A stretch of DNA of 32,000 nucleotides from the NCBI RefSeq assembly GCF_018398935.1, contig NZ_CP074694.1, positions 2,520,001 to 2,552,000 on the forward strand, read 5' to 3'. The stretch comes from Telmatocola sphagniphila. GTDB lineage: Bacteria > Planctomycetota > Planctomycetia > Gemmatales > Gemmataceae. A program made the translations under genes and the position numbers. The notes beneath the pieces were generated by a model. The model did no database searches. It saw nothing but the letters and a program-made list of their open reading frames with translations, and was not told the DNA's origin. Numbering within the stretch: the first letter of the stretch is position 1; each line of letters opens with the position of its first letter. This document shows positions 7,783-15,240 of this stretch, piece by piece.

Positions 7783-8756
7783 TTCACCCCGATTACAAAT
7801 TTGGCTTTCGCGTTGCGGGCGATATAACCGGACGTCGTAACCTGATTGACTTCGAAAAAGCTTTCCTTGCCTACCTGGAGAACTCTCCGAAAGCGGAAAC
7901 CCACAAAGAAAGCTATCTAAGCGCTTTCGTGTTCGGGGCCGACTTCCGGGCCTACCTTGACCGCGAAGGCTCTCCAAGGGGCTTTAATGGGCCTTGCTGG
8001 GCGCCTTACGTTTGGTTCGACATCGACGAAGCCGAACTACCGAAAGCCCTCGAAGCCGCCAAATTTCTCGCCGAGTCGCTATTGGAGCGATACCGCACAC
8101 TTCATGCTGATGATTTATTGCGTTTCTTCTCAGGCTCAAAAGGCTTTCATATCGGGGTGCCCGTTTGCTGGGAAGCTGCGCCTTCTATAGTCTTCAACTC
8201 CGTTGCCCGACGCATGGCCGAGGGATTAGCCAACCGCGCCCGCGTCAAAATCGATAGCGGTGTTTATGACAAAGTTCGCTGCTTTCGGGCGCCTAACTCG
8301 ACGCATCCGAAAACGGGGCTGAGGAAGCGATTTCTTGAACATTCCGAACTAATGGGGCTATCCGTCGACGGAATTTTGGAACTCGCAAAAGAACCGGTTG
8401 CAGTCGAACTCGGCGAAAGACCGAAACCGGATTCGTTAATGCTCGAAGATTGGCGGATTGCTGTTGAGGAAGTAGACCGGAACGATAGGGCAAATGAACA
8501 ACGCCGCCTAGACCTCACGGACGGTAATGCCAAGCTTAACCGCTCAACTCTCGACTTTATCCGGGCAGGGGCATTGGAGGGAGACCGGCATCGACTTTTA
8601 TTCTCGGCCGCTGCAAATCTCGCTGAGTTAGGCTGCCCGCCGACCTTGGCGCATGAACTTCTCACCGAGACGGCTCTCGATAGTGGGTTAAAACCTTCAG
8701 AAGTTCGAAGGCAGATTGATTGCGGGCTTACTCATGTGAAAGGGGGTAAGCCGTGA
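7779..8756 (+). CDS. Archaeo-eukaryotic primase (AEP) superfamily primase-polymerase
   Basis: All three AEP motifs are visible: DxD (VWFDIDE), sGxGxH (SGSKGFHIGV) and the hRxPxSxH motif (RCFRAPNSTHPKTG). The ATGA overlap with the upstream gene suggests coupling. Confidence 0.8.
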   Translation: MIHPDYKFGFRVAGDITGRRNLIDFEKAFLAYLENSPKAETHKESYLSAFVFGADFRAYLDREGSPRGFNGPCWAPYVWFDIDEAELPKALEAAKFLAESLLERYRTLHADDLLRFFSGSKGFHIGVPVCWEAAPSIVFNSVARRMAEGLANRARVKIDSGVYDKVRCFRAPNSTHPKTGLRKRFLEHSELMGLSVDGILELAKEPVAVELGERPKPDSLMLEDWRIAVEEVDRNDRANEQRRLDLTDGNAKLNRSTLDFIRAGALEGDRHRLLFSAAANLAELGCPPTLAHELLTETALDSGLKPSEVRRQIDCGLTHVKGGKP

Positions 8757-9658
8757 AAAGCTTCTTTACTGCCGGAGATCTCTTCGAAGATTGGCGGGAT
8801 GAAATAGAAAGCGGTAAGCCGCCGACCCTGTATCGATGCGGGACCGGAGACTTCGAGAAAATCGAGCTAGGACCGGGCCGGGTTATGCTCATCGGCGGAG
8901 CGCCCGGCGCTGGGAAAACGGCTTTTGTCATGCAATGTGTAGTCGATGCTCTAAGGATCGACCCGACGCTTCGGGCTTGCGTGCTTAACGTCGAAATGGC
9001 GCCGGGTGTTTTGCTTGACCGCCAGCTTGCGCGGCTCTCTGGAGTCGATGCCACATTGATACGCCAGCGAAAACTCGAAACGATTCACGCCGATAGGATC
9101 GATCAAGCTTTCAGCACACTCGAATCTATCGGGGAAAGGTTAGCTTTCGTCCGACCGCCCTACTCGCTCGAAAATTTGGCGAACGCCGCCGATGAGTTCG
9201 AATCGGGGCTATTAGTTCTGGATTACATCCAGCGAATTGAAGCGCCTGGAGATCATGCCGATAACCGGGGATCTGTAAACGCGTCGATGAATTTCCTTCG
9301 GCAATTCGCAGACAACGGCCAAGCGGTTATCGTTGTTTCTGCCGTGGGCCGAACGAAAGACTCAAAAGGGCGAAGTTCTTATTCCGGGGAGGGGTTAAAC
9401 CTAGCATCATTCCGGGAATCTTCCGAACTAGAATTCGGCTGCGATGATGCCTACATACTTGTACCCATTGACGAAGACACTGTAAAGCTAGGTCATCACA
9501 AAAGCCGGCATGGCGAACAGCGGGATATATCTTTGAGCTTCGCGAAGTCGATTCAACGATTCACGCCAGAATCGGCGCCGTCAATCCCGGGGAGTAAGCC
9601 GAGAACGCCGATTGAGTCGCTCTGGAATCGCCCTAAACCGGCCAAGGGGAGCGTATGA
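8753..9658 (+). CDS. DnaB-like (RecA-fold) replicative helicase C-terminal-domain protein
   Basis: Walker A is GAPGAGKT and Walker B is LLVLDYIQRI. The sequence LNVEMAPGVLLDRQLARLSGV matches the DnaB_C pattern (SLEMs...l..Rl). The GTG start overlaps the primase stop (GTGA). Confidence 0.75.
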   Translation: MKSFFTAGDLFEDWRDEIESGKPPTLYRCGTGDFEKIELGPGRVMLIGGAPGAGKTAFVMQCVVDALRIDPTLRACVLNVEMAPGVLLDRQLARLSGVDATLIRQRKLETIHADRIDQAFSTLESIGERLAFVRPPYSLENLANAADEFESGLLVLDYIQRIEAPGDHADNRGSVNASMNFLRQFADNGQAVIVVSAVGRTKDSKGRSSYSGEGLNLASFRESSELEFGCDDAYILVPIDEDTVKLGHHKSRHGEQRDISLSFAKSIQRFTPESAPSIPGSKPRTPIESLWNRPKPAKGSV

Positions 9659-10017
9659 GCAAACCCTTTGAAATCGGGGCCGAACCGCCGCCGCTGGCAT
9701 CGAAGAACCAGAGGAAGCTTACGCCAAAGAAATTTACTAAGGGCCGTTTTAACGACATAAACAGCTTCCTCGACTTTGCGGCATCGAACCTTGAACGGTC
9801 CGATTTGGTTGTTTGGCTGCTGCTCTGGCGGGATACCGGTCGCGATGGCTGCGCCCGCCCATCAACACAATATTTAGCGATGCGGGCCGGTTGTAGTCGG
9901 GAAACCGTTTCCCGGGCGATTGCTTCACTAACCTCGAAGGGATTGCTTTCGATCATACATCGTGGCGGATTGAATCGGGGGCCGAGTGTGTATCGTATTC
10001 GACCGCCCAACATGTGA
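9655..10017 (+). CDS. Winged helix-turn-helix protein (candidate replication initiator or origin-binding protein)
   Basis: The wHTH is STQYLAMRAGCSRETVSRAIASLTSKGLLSIIHRGGLNRGPSVYRI. The start shows an ATGA overlap with the helicase gene. An iteron cluster follows immediately. Confidence 0.6.
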   Translation: MSKPFEIGAEPPPLASKNQRKLTPKKFTKGRFNDINSFLDFAASNLERSDLVVWLLLWRDTGRDGCARPSTQYLAMRAGCSRETVSRAIASLTSKGLLSIIHRGGLNRGPSVYRIRPPNM

Positions 10018-10120
10018 CGCCGAGATCACAGGCGCATGTGACGCCTAGCTACGTCGCACGGTGACGTGGGGATCACATATTCCATAAAGATTCCATAAGT
10101 GACGCCCCTAAAGGGCGTCG
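10011..10120. repeat. Iteron-like cluster: GTGACG(C/T) x4, CATGTGACGCC x2, GATCACA x2, TCCATAA x2 and the hairpin GACGCCC-n5-GGGCGTC
   Basis: Read directly from the sequence.
- CATGTGACGCC at 10011-10021 and 10035-10045.
- GTGACGTGG at 10061.
- GTGACGCC at 10099-10106.
- GATCACA at 10024 and 10071.
- TCCATAA at 10081 and 10092.
- Inverted repeat at 10101-10119.
The region is non-coding and lies immediately 3' of the wHTH gene. Confidence 0.6.
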
Positions 10121-10216
10121 ATTGAAGACAAATAATTACCGGGCGAGAGGCTTTCCCTGTGGGGTAACCATTAAGCCCGAATCCAACAATCTACAAATTT
10201 GAAACAGGTAATACAA

Positions 10217-10477
10217 ATGAAGTCGAAACAACCATTGACCGAACAGAATAAGAAAAAACCGGCGAGAAAGCCTAATCAGCGTAAAGCCAAGCTCAATCCC
10301 TCTTTCGAAGAGGTATTTTGCGCCCTGATGGATTTGGACGAACTGGCCGAACCGAATCGAGGGACCGAAGTTCTAAACGCTGCTAACGAGATTGCTTACG
10401 AAATTCTGATTTCTGCGAAAACAATCTGCAAAGCGAAGCTTCGAGAGTTAGGGCGAAGTGGCATAACGAGCAAATAA
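10217..10477 (+). CDS. Small lysine-rich basic protein, hypothetical
   Basis: ATG at 10217, in frame with the track ORF starting at TTG 10199. The N-terminus is KKKPARKPNQRKAK. I recognise no domain. Confidence 0.4.
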   Translation: MKSKQPLTEQNKKKPARKPNQRKAKLNPSFEEVFCALMDLDELAEPNRGTEVLNAANEIAYEILISAKTICKAKLRELGRSGITSK

Positions 10478-10483
10478 CCCTGA

Positions 10484-10512
10484 TTGCGCGATAGGCCGAA
10501 AAGAGTTATAAT
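10484..10512 (+). promoter_or_regulatory. Sigma-70-like promoter candidate for int (TTGCGC - 17 bp - TATAAT)
   Basis: The -35-like hexamer is at 10484-10489 and a consensus -10 TATAAT is at 10507-10512. It lies ~85 bp upstream of the int ATG. The match is by eye, and planctomycete promoter consensus is poorly defined. Confidence 0.35.
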
Positions 10513-10596
10513 CCTATTACCTTCGGGGAGAACGGGCCGGCGAACTGGAAAGCGCCGCGTCCCGTTTCTCTCCCGACTTTCCAGAGGTTCAATTCA

Positions 10597-12321
10597 ATGG
10601 GATCGATACGCCGAAAACATACTTGGAAGCGAATACCGCCCGAAGCGAAAATTATTGAAGTCGATGGCAAGCGGTTCGCTACTTGGATCCAGAACGGGCG
10701 CCGCCGAAAAGAGGAAGTCCGCACGATACAATCCGGGCCGCATAAAGGCGAAGATAGAATTGTATTTATGCCAAAGACCTGGTACGCGAAATACCGCGAC
10801 GCCGAGGGATTAGTCTGTGAAGTGAATACGAACTGTAAAGACGAAATGGCTGCAAGGCGATTTCTTTCGACTCTGGAAAGAGACGCCGAACGGATTCGAA
10901 AGGGCGTTATCACTTCCGAAGAGACTCGGATCGCTGAACATTCTGGCCTAGCCATGAAATCCCACGTTTCCGACTTCGAAACTTATCTGGAAGCGAAAGA
11001 GACTACAAAAGTCTATCGGGAAAATTGCCGTAGGTATCTCGAAAGATTGGTGAAGGAATGCGAATTCGAGACCTTGAGAGATTTGAGAAGAGAACGCTTT
11101 GAAAAATGGCTCTCGCTGCAAGTTGCTGAAAAGATGTCTGCTCGAAGTCGCAACGCGCACCGCAACGCCTTAAACACTTTCTGCAATTGGGCTGTCCAGA
11201 CCGAGAGGCTAGCAAGCAATCCTTTCCGGGGAGTGTCTAAAGCGAACGAAGCCGCCGACCCGAAACGGCAACGCCGAGCAATGACCGCCGAGGAACTCGA
11301 ACGCTTGTTACTGGTGGCAAGAGAACGCCCTTTCAATGAAGTAGCACTCATCCGAAGAGGGCCGAAAAAAGGTACGCTATCAGAGAAAGTTTCGAACAAA
11401 ACCCGCGAACGCATGGAGCTACTCGGGAAAGAAAGAGCACTCATCTACAAATCACTGGTTCTGACCGGATTACGGAAGTCGGAACTGGCATCTATCAAAG
11501 TCTCTTCGCTGGATTTAGATTCTGATAACCCTACCGCCGTATTGAACGCCGCTGATGAGAAGAACCGCTCTGGTTCCGTAATTCCTATTCGAGAGGATCT
11601 AGCGGACGATTGGAGGGAATGGCTCTCTCAGAAACTGCAAATATTGCGAAAGGAATGCTTTCGAAAAGGTCAACCGGTTCCGGCTCACCTTCCGGGCGAT
11701 ACGCCTCTCTTTCGAATTCCCGGGCAAATTATTCGGATTATGGATAGAGATTTGAAAGCCGCCGGGATCTCGAAGAGGGACGACCGAGGGCGAACTATCG
11801 ACTTGCACGCCTTGCGAACTACCTTCGGGACGCTGATGAGTAAAGGCGGGGTATCACCTAGAACCGCTCAAGCCGCGATGCGGCACAGTGACATTAAGCT
11901 GACGATGGGCGTTTATACCGATCCGAGGTTGCTCGATGTCCGGGCCGCGCTCGATGTACTTCCTCGACTTGAAGTCGAAAGACCTTCTAACGAATCTCTG
12001 AGGATGACCGGGACGGAGGGTAAACCGAAAGTCGATATGAGTCAGTTCGTCCCTCAGTTCGTCCCTACTGCTGGAATTTTGGGACGAACGGGAGCAAACG
12101 TGGACAATCTTACAATGATGAGTAACCAAATGGTTGAACCGAACGAAATCGTCGTAAATGCTGAAATGTCAACGAAAAAGGGCTTGCTGCCATTCGCTGA
12201 CAACAAGCCCTCTGAATCGGACCGGGGAGATTTGAACTCCCGACCTCTTGCACCCCAAGCAAGCGCGCTAGCCAAGCTGCGCTACGGCCCGAATCCGCTC
12301 GAGAATTGCTCCCCAAACTGA
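10597..12321 (+). CDS. int: Tyrosine recombinase (phage-type integrase) with an unusually long C-terminal extension that reads through attR and antisense through tRNA-Pro
   Basis: Catalytic signature: LTGLRKSEL (Arg), HALRTTFGT (His-x-x-Arg), MRHSDIKLTMGVYTD (His...Tyr; Tyr codon at 11914-11916). No in-frame stop occurs until 12319-12321, about 135 codons after the catalytic Tyr. Confidence 0.9.
   Translation: MGSIRRKHTWKRIPPEAKIIEVDGKRFATWIQNGRRRKEEVRTIQSGPHKGEDRIVFMPKTWYAKYRDAEGLVCEVNTNCKDEMAARRFLSTLERDAERIRKGVITSEETRIAEHSGLAMKSHVSDFETYLEAKETTKVYRENCRRYLERLVKECEFETLRDLRRERFEKWLSLQVAEKMSARSRNAHRNALNTFCNWAVQTERLASNPFRGVSKANEAADPKRQRRAMTAEELERLLLVARERPFNEVALIRRGPKKGTLSEKVSNKTRERMELLGKERALIYKSLVLTGLRKSELASIKVSSLDLDSDNPTAVLNAADEKNRSGSVIPIREDLADDWREWLSQKLQILRKECFRKGQPVPAHLPGDTPLFRIPGQIIRIMDRDLKAAGISKRDDRGRTIDLHALRTTFGTLMSKGGVSPRTAQAAMRHSDIKLTMGVYTDPRLLDVRAALDVLPRLEVERPSNESLRMTGTEGKPKVDMSQFVPQFVPTAGILGRTGANVDNLTMMSNQMVEPNEIVVNAEMSTKKGLLPFADNKPSESDRGDLNSRPLAPQASALAKLRYGPNPLENCSPN
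12045..12065 (+). repeat. 21-bp repeat GTTCGTCCCTCAGTTCGTCCC, right copy (candidate arm-type site)
   Basis: Exact match to 4085-4105. It lies within the int 3' region, 87 bp before attR. Confidence 0.5.
12153..12262 (-). repeat. Proximal att repeat, overlapping the 3' part of the intact tRNA-Pro and its terminator
   Basis: 110/110 identity with 3920-4029. Confidence 0.9.
12175..12210 (-). terminator. Rho-independent terminator of tRNA-Pro
   Basis: On the minus strand: GGGCTTGTTG-(11-nt loop)-CAGCAAGCCC, a 10-bp stem with one G-U pair, followed by TTTTT. A duplicate lies at 3942-3977 as part of the att repeat. Confidence 0.7.
12217..12291 (-). tRNA. tRNA-Pro (anticodon GGG)
   Basis: Folded by hand as a cloverleaf.
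- Acceptor stem CGGGCCG/CGGTCCG (one G-U pair), discriminator A.
- D stem GCGC/GCGC.
- Anticodon stem CTTGC/GCAAG, loop TTGGGGT (anticodon GGG, G37).
- Variable loop AGGTC.
- T stem GGGAG/CTCCC, loop TTCAAAT.
It is 75 nt long and the CCA end is not encoded. Confidence 0.9.
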
Positions 12322-12328
12322 TGCACTC

Positions 12329-12356
12329 GTTATAATTACCCCGCCGACGTTTTCAA
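12329..12356 (-). promoter_or_regulatory. Candidate promoter for tRNA-Pro (TTGAAA - 16 bp - TATAAC on the minus strand)
   Basis: Read on the minus strand, ~37 nt upstream of the mature tRNA 5' end. The same intergenic region contains TATAAT on the + strand (12331-12336), upstream of the FAD oxidase gene. Confidence 0.3.
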
Positions 12357-12392
12357 GGGCTATTTGCTCTCCTCAACAAAGAGTTTCCCGCT

Positions 12393-15233
12393 ATGGATAG
12401 GTTCGCGGATCTCCAAAAGCATCTTCAGAAACATACCCAGGCCGAAATTCGATTCGATAGCACCACACGACACCTCTATAGCACCGACGCCAGCATCTAT
12501 CAGGTCCCACCGCTCGGTGTAGTAATTCCCCGTACCGCCGAAGATCTCCAGAGCACTCTTCAAATCGCACTGGAACAAAAAATTCCCATAATTCCCCGGG
12601 GCGGCGGCACCAGTCTCTCCGGCCAATCGATCGGGGCCGGCCTGATAATCGATTGCTCGAAATACCTGCAACGAATTCAATTCGGCGAGTTGGACTCCCA
12701 GGGTCGGCCAACGGAGATGGTCGTCCAGCCGGGGGTAGTACTCGACGATCTGAACCGAGCCGCCGGGAAGTATCAGATGCAGTTCGGGCCGGAAGTAGCG
12801 ACCGCCAACCGGGCCACTCTAGGGGGGATGATCGGCAATAACTCTGCCGGTTCCCGATCAATAGTGTATGGCCGAACCATCGATCATGTTTTGGGACTGA
12901 AGATGATGTTTGCCGATGGCACTTTTCAGCAGATTGGAAAACTCCCGGCGGTCGCTGAACGGAACAAAAATTTTCAGAAGATTCTGACAGGCCACGAGAC
13001 CGCGATTCGCGCGGTTTTTCCCAAAATCCAAAGACGCGTCAGCGGCTACAATCTGGTCGACTGCCTGCCGGACAATTCACTACTTCCCTTACTGGTTGGC
13101 AGCGAAGGGACCCTAGGTTTCACACTGGAAGCACGGCTACGGCTGATTCCCAAGCCCAAACAAAGGGGATTGATCGTTCCGCAATTTAGTTCAATGCGTG
13201 CCGCCTTGGATGCCCTATCCCTTTGCCTGGAGTCAAAGCCGAGTGCCGTGGAGTTGATGGATGCCCTGCTCATTCAATTGGCCAAAAAACAACGCGGACT
13301 GGCGGATAGCTTCCAAGTCGTTACCGGCGACCCGGCAGCCTTGCTCATTGTCGAATTGGTTGGGGACGACGGCGCCGAAGTGGCTGATCGATCTGAAAAA
13401 TTAGAACAGCGACTTCGTTCGGTACCTGGGTTGACCGACGTCGCAAGCGTGCTGCAGAACGAGGAGCGGGAGAAACTCTGGAATGCTCGGCGCTCCGCCG
13501 TGCCCCTGCTTTACAGCATTCCCGGCAAGCGAAAGCCGATTACCTTCGTCGAAGACACCGCCGTTTCGCCCGAGGTCCTGCCGCAGTTTGCCGATGATTT
13601 CCGTGAAATCTTGAAGAGACATGGCACGGATGGGGCTTTTTACGGCCACGCCAGCGTCGGCTGTCTGCATATCCGCCCTTTGCTGGATATCCAGCGTAAT
13701 GAAGACCTGAATCGCATGACAGCGATCATGGAGGATATCACTTCTCTGGTGCGCAGCTACAAGGGTTCCTTGAGTGGCGAGCATGGCGACGGGTTGGTAC
13801 GCAGTTCCTGGAATCGCAAGATGTTCGGCGATGAGGTCTACGGGGCTTTCCAACAAGTGAAAGACCTCTTTGATCCGGGCAATCTCTTCAATCCCGGCAA
13901 GATTGTGAACGGGCCGCCGATGACGGAAAATCTTAGGTATGCGAAAGCGGAGAAGATCGAATTAATCACTGTAAAAACCCAATTCGACTATTCGAAGCAG
14001 GAAGGGTTCTTCAATTCGGTGGAACTCTGCAACGGATCGGGCGTCTGTCGAAAAACGCAGAATGGGACCATGTGCCCTTCTTATCGGGCCACCAGAGATG
14101 AGAAGGACACTCCGCGCGGCCGGGCGAACGCGCTGCGCCATGTAATGGTGGATCAGCAGCCGATCTCCGAACGCTGGGTTCATGAAGTGATGGACCTTTG
14201 TTTGAGCTGCAAGGCGTGCAAAACCGAATGCCCCAGCAATGTCGACGTTGCCAAAATGAAGGCGGAGCATCAGGCGGCCTATTACGCAATCCACTCCCGA
14301 CCCCGAAGCCATTATGCCGCCCGCTACGTCGATACCTTGAATAAGCTAGGTAGCCTACTCCCCAGCTTGTCGAACTGGCTGGGAAGCTTCTCTTTTACGC
14401 GAAGGATCGCCGGCTTTCATGCGGATCGTCCGTTACCCCGATTTGCTCGGCGGTCCTTTTTTTCCTGGTTCCGACGACGAAAAACTCCCTTGAAACCTAA
14501 AAACGGCAAGTCGATCGTTCTGTTTGCGGACTGTTTGACCTCCTATACCGAACCAGGCATCGGCCGGTCCACCGTGCAGATTCTGGAATTGCTGGGTTAC
14601 ACGGTCGAACTCTCCAGCGTGAAATGCTGCGGACGAGCCAAGATCAGCAAAGGTTTTCTTGCGGAAGCCAAAGCGGCAGTTCGAGCGGGAGCCCAAGCAT
14701 TAGCAACCCAGGCCGCGACGGCCGAGGCGATCATCGGTTGGGAACCGAGTTGCGTCGTAGCCCTGCAAGATGAATGGACGGAACTTTTGGTCTCTCCGGA
14801 AACGAAAGCAATAGCGGCAAAAACCTGGCTCATCGACGATTGGTTGGCCGTGCACCTGAAAGAGTTGCTTCCGCACTGGCCCGCCGCCGCTGAAAAGAAA
14901 TCGGTAGTCCTTCACGGACATTGCCATCAAAAAGCCATGCTGGGAACTGCTGGACCGGTGCAGGTTCTAAAAGCAATCCCAGGTTGCGAAGTGAAACTTC
15001 TGGATACCGGCTGCTGTGGCATGGCCGGGATGTTCGGCTACGAAAAAGAACATTATGAATTGAGCAAGCAGATCGCCGAGTTGTCGGTGCTACCGCAATT
15101 GCGAGATAATCCCCAGGCGACGGTCATTGCGGATGGAACTTCCTGCCGTCATCAAATCAGCGATTTGAGCCAAAGGCCTTCCATGCATCTGGTGGAATGG
15201 GTGGCCAGTAACCTGAATTTGGATTCGAAATAG
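12393..15233 (+). CDS. Fused FAD-linked oxidase / Fe-S (CCG-domain) oxidoreductase, YdiJ/GlcD-GlcF-like 2-hydroxyacid dehydrogenase
   Basis: The N-terminal part is an FAD-binding PCMH-type domain (VVIPRTAEDLQSTLQIALEQKIPIIPRGGGTSLSGQS). Two ferredoxin-like Cys clusters follow (CNGSGVCRKTQNGTMCP; CLSCKACKTECP). The C-terminus carries cysteine-rich CCG repeats (CCGRAK..., GCCGMAGMFG). Confidence 0.85.
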   Translation: MDRFADLQKHLQKHTQAEIRFDSTTRHLYSTDASIYQVPPLGVVIPRTAEDLQSTLQIALEQKIPIIPRGGGTSLSGQSIGAGLIIDCSKYLQRIQFGELDSQGRPTEMVVQPGVVLDDLNRAAGKYQMQFGPEVATANRATLGGMIGNNSAGSRSIVYGRTIDHVLGLKMMFADGTFQQIGKLPAVAERNKNFQKILTGHETAIRAVFPKIQRRVSGYNLVDCLPDNSLLPLLVGSEGTLGFTLEARLRLIPKPKQRGLIVPQFSSMRAALDALSLCLESKPSAVELMDALLIQLAKKQRGLADSFQVVTGDPAALLIVELVGDDGAEVADRSEKLEQRLRSVPGLTDVASVLQNEEREKLWNARRSAVPLLYSIPGKRKPITFVEDTAVSPEVLPQFADDFREILKRHGTDGAFYGHASVGCLHIRPLLDIQRNEDLNRMTAIMEDITSLVRSYKGSLSGEHGDGLVRSSWNRKMFGDEVYGAFQQVKDLFDPGNLFNPGKIVNGPPMTENLRYAKAEKIELITVKTQFDYSKQEGFFNSVELCNGSGVCRKTQNGTMCPSYRATRDEKDTPRGRANALRHVMVDQQPISERWVHEVMDLCLSCKACKTECPSNVDVAKMKAEHQAAYYAIHSRPRSHYAARYVDTLNKLGSLLPSLSNWLGSFSFTRRIAGFHADRPLPRFARRSFFSWFRRRKTPLKPKNGKSIVLFADCLTSYTEPGIGRSTVQILELLGYTVELSSVKCCGRAKISKGFLAEAKAAVRAGAQALATQAATAEAIIGWEPSCVVALQDEWTELLVSPETKAIAAKTWLIDDWLAVHLKELLPHWPAAAEKKSVVLHGHCHQKAMLGTAGPVQVLKAIPGCEVKLLDTGCCGMAGMFGYEKEHYELSKQIAELSVLPQLRDNPQATVIADGTSCRHQISDLSQRPSMHLVEWVASNLNLDSK

Positions 15234-15240
15234 ACCGCGA

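Larger units (their letters stand above)
3920..12262 (+). mobile_element. ~8.3 kb tRNA-Pro-integrated element (int, xis, AEP primase, DnaB-like helicase, iterons) bounded by 110-bp perfect direct repeats
   Basis: 3920-4029 and 12153-12262 were compared base by base and are identical (110/110). The repeat carries the 3' 46 nt of the tRNA-Pro gene plus its downstream terminator. The tyrosine integrase abuts the intact tRNA, and all internal genes are co-directional. Confidence 0.9.

Noticed and set aside
10484-10955. ORFs 10484..10813 + and 10506..10955 - overlapping the integrase 5' region
   Set aside because: The integrase frame (10597..) continues into unmistakable tyrosine-recombinase motifs. 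The alternatives are Arg-rich off-frame products.
12391-12861. 156-aa minus-strand ORF and other shadow ORFs (13401..13856 -, 13962..14312 -) opposite the FAD/Fe-S oxidase gene
   Set aside because: The + frame has the FAD-binding and Fe-S cluster motifs over 946 aa. The minus ORFs are Arg/Pro/Gly-rich off-frame artefacts.
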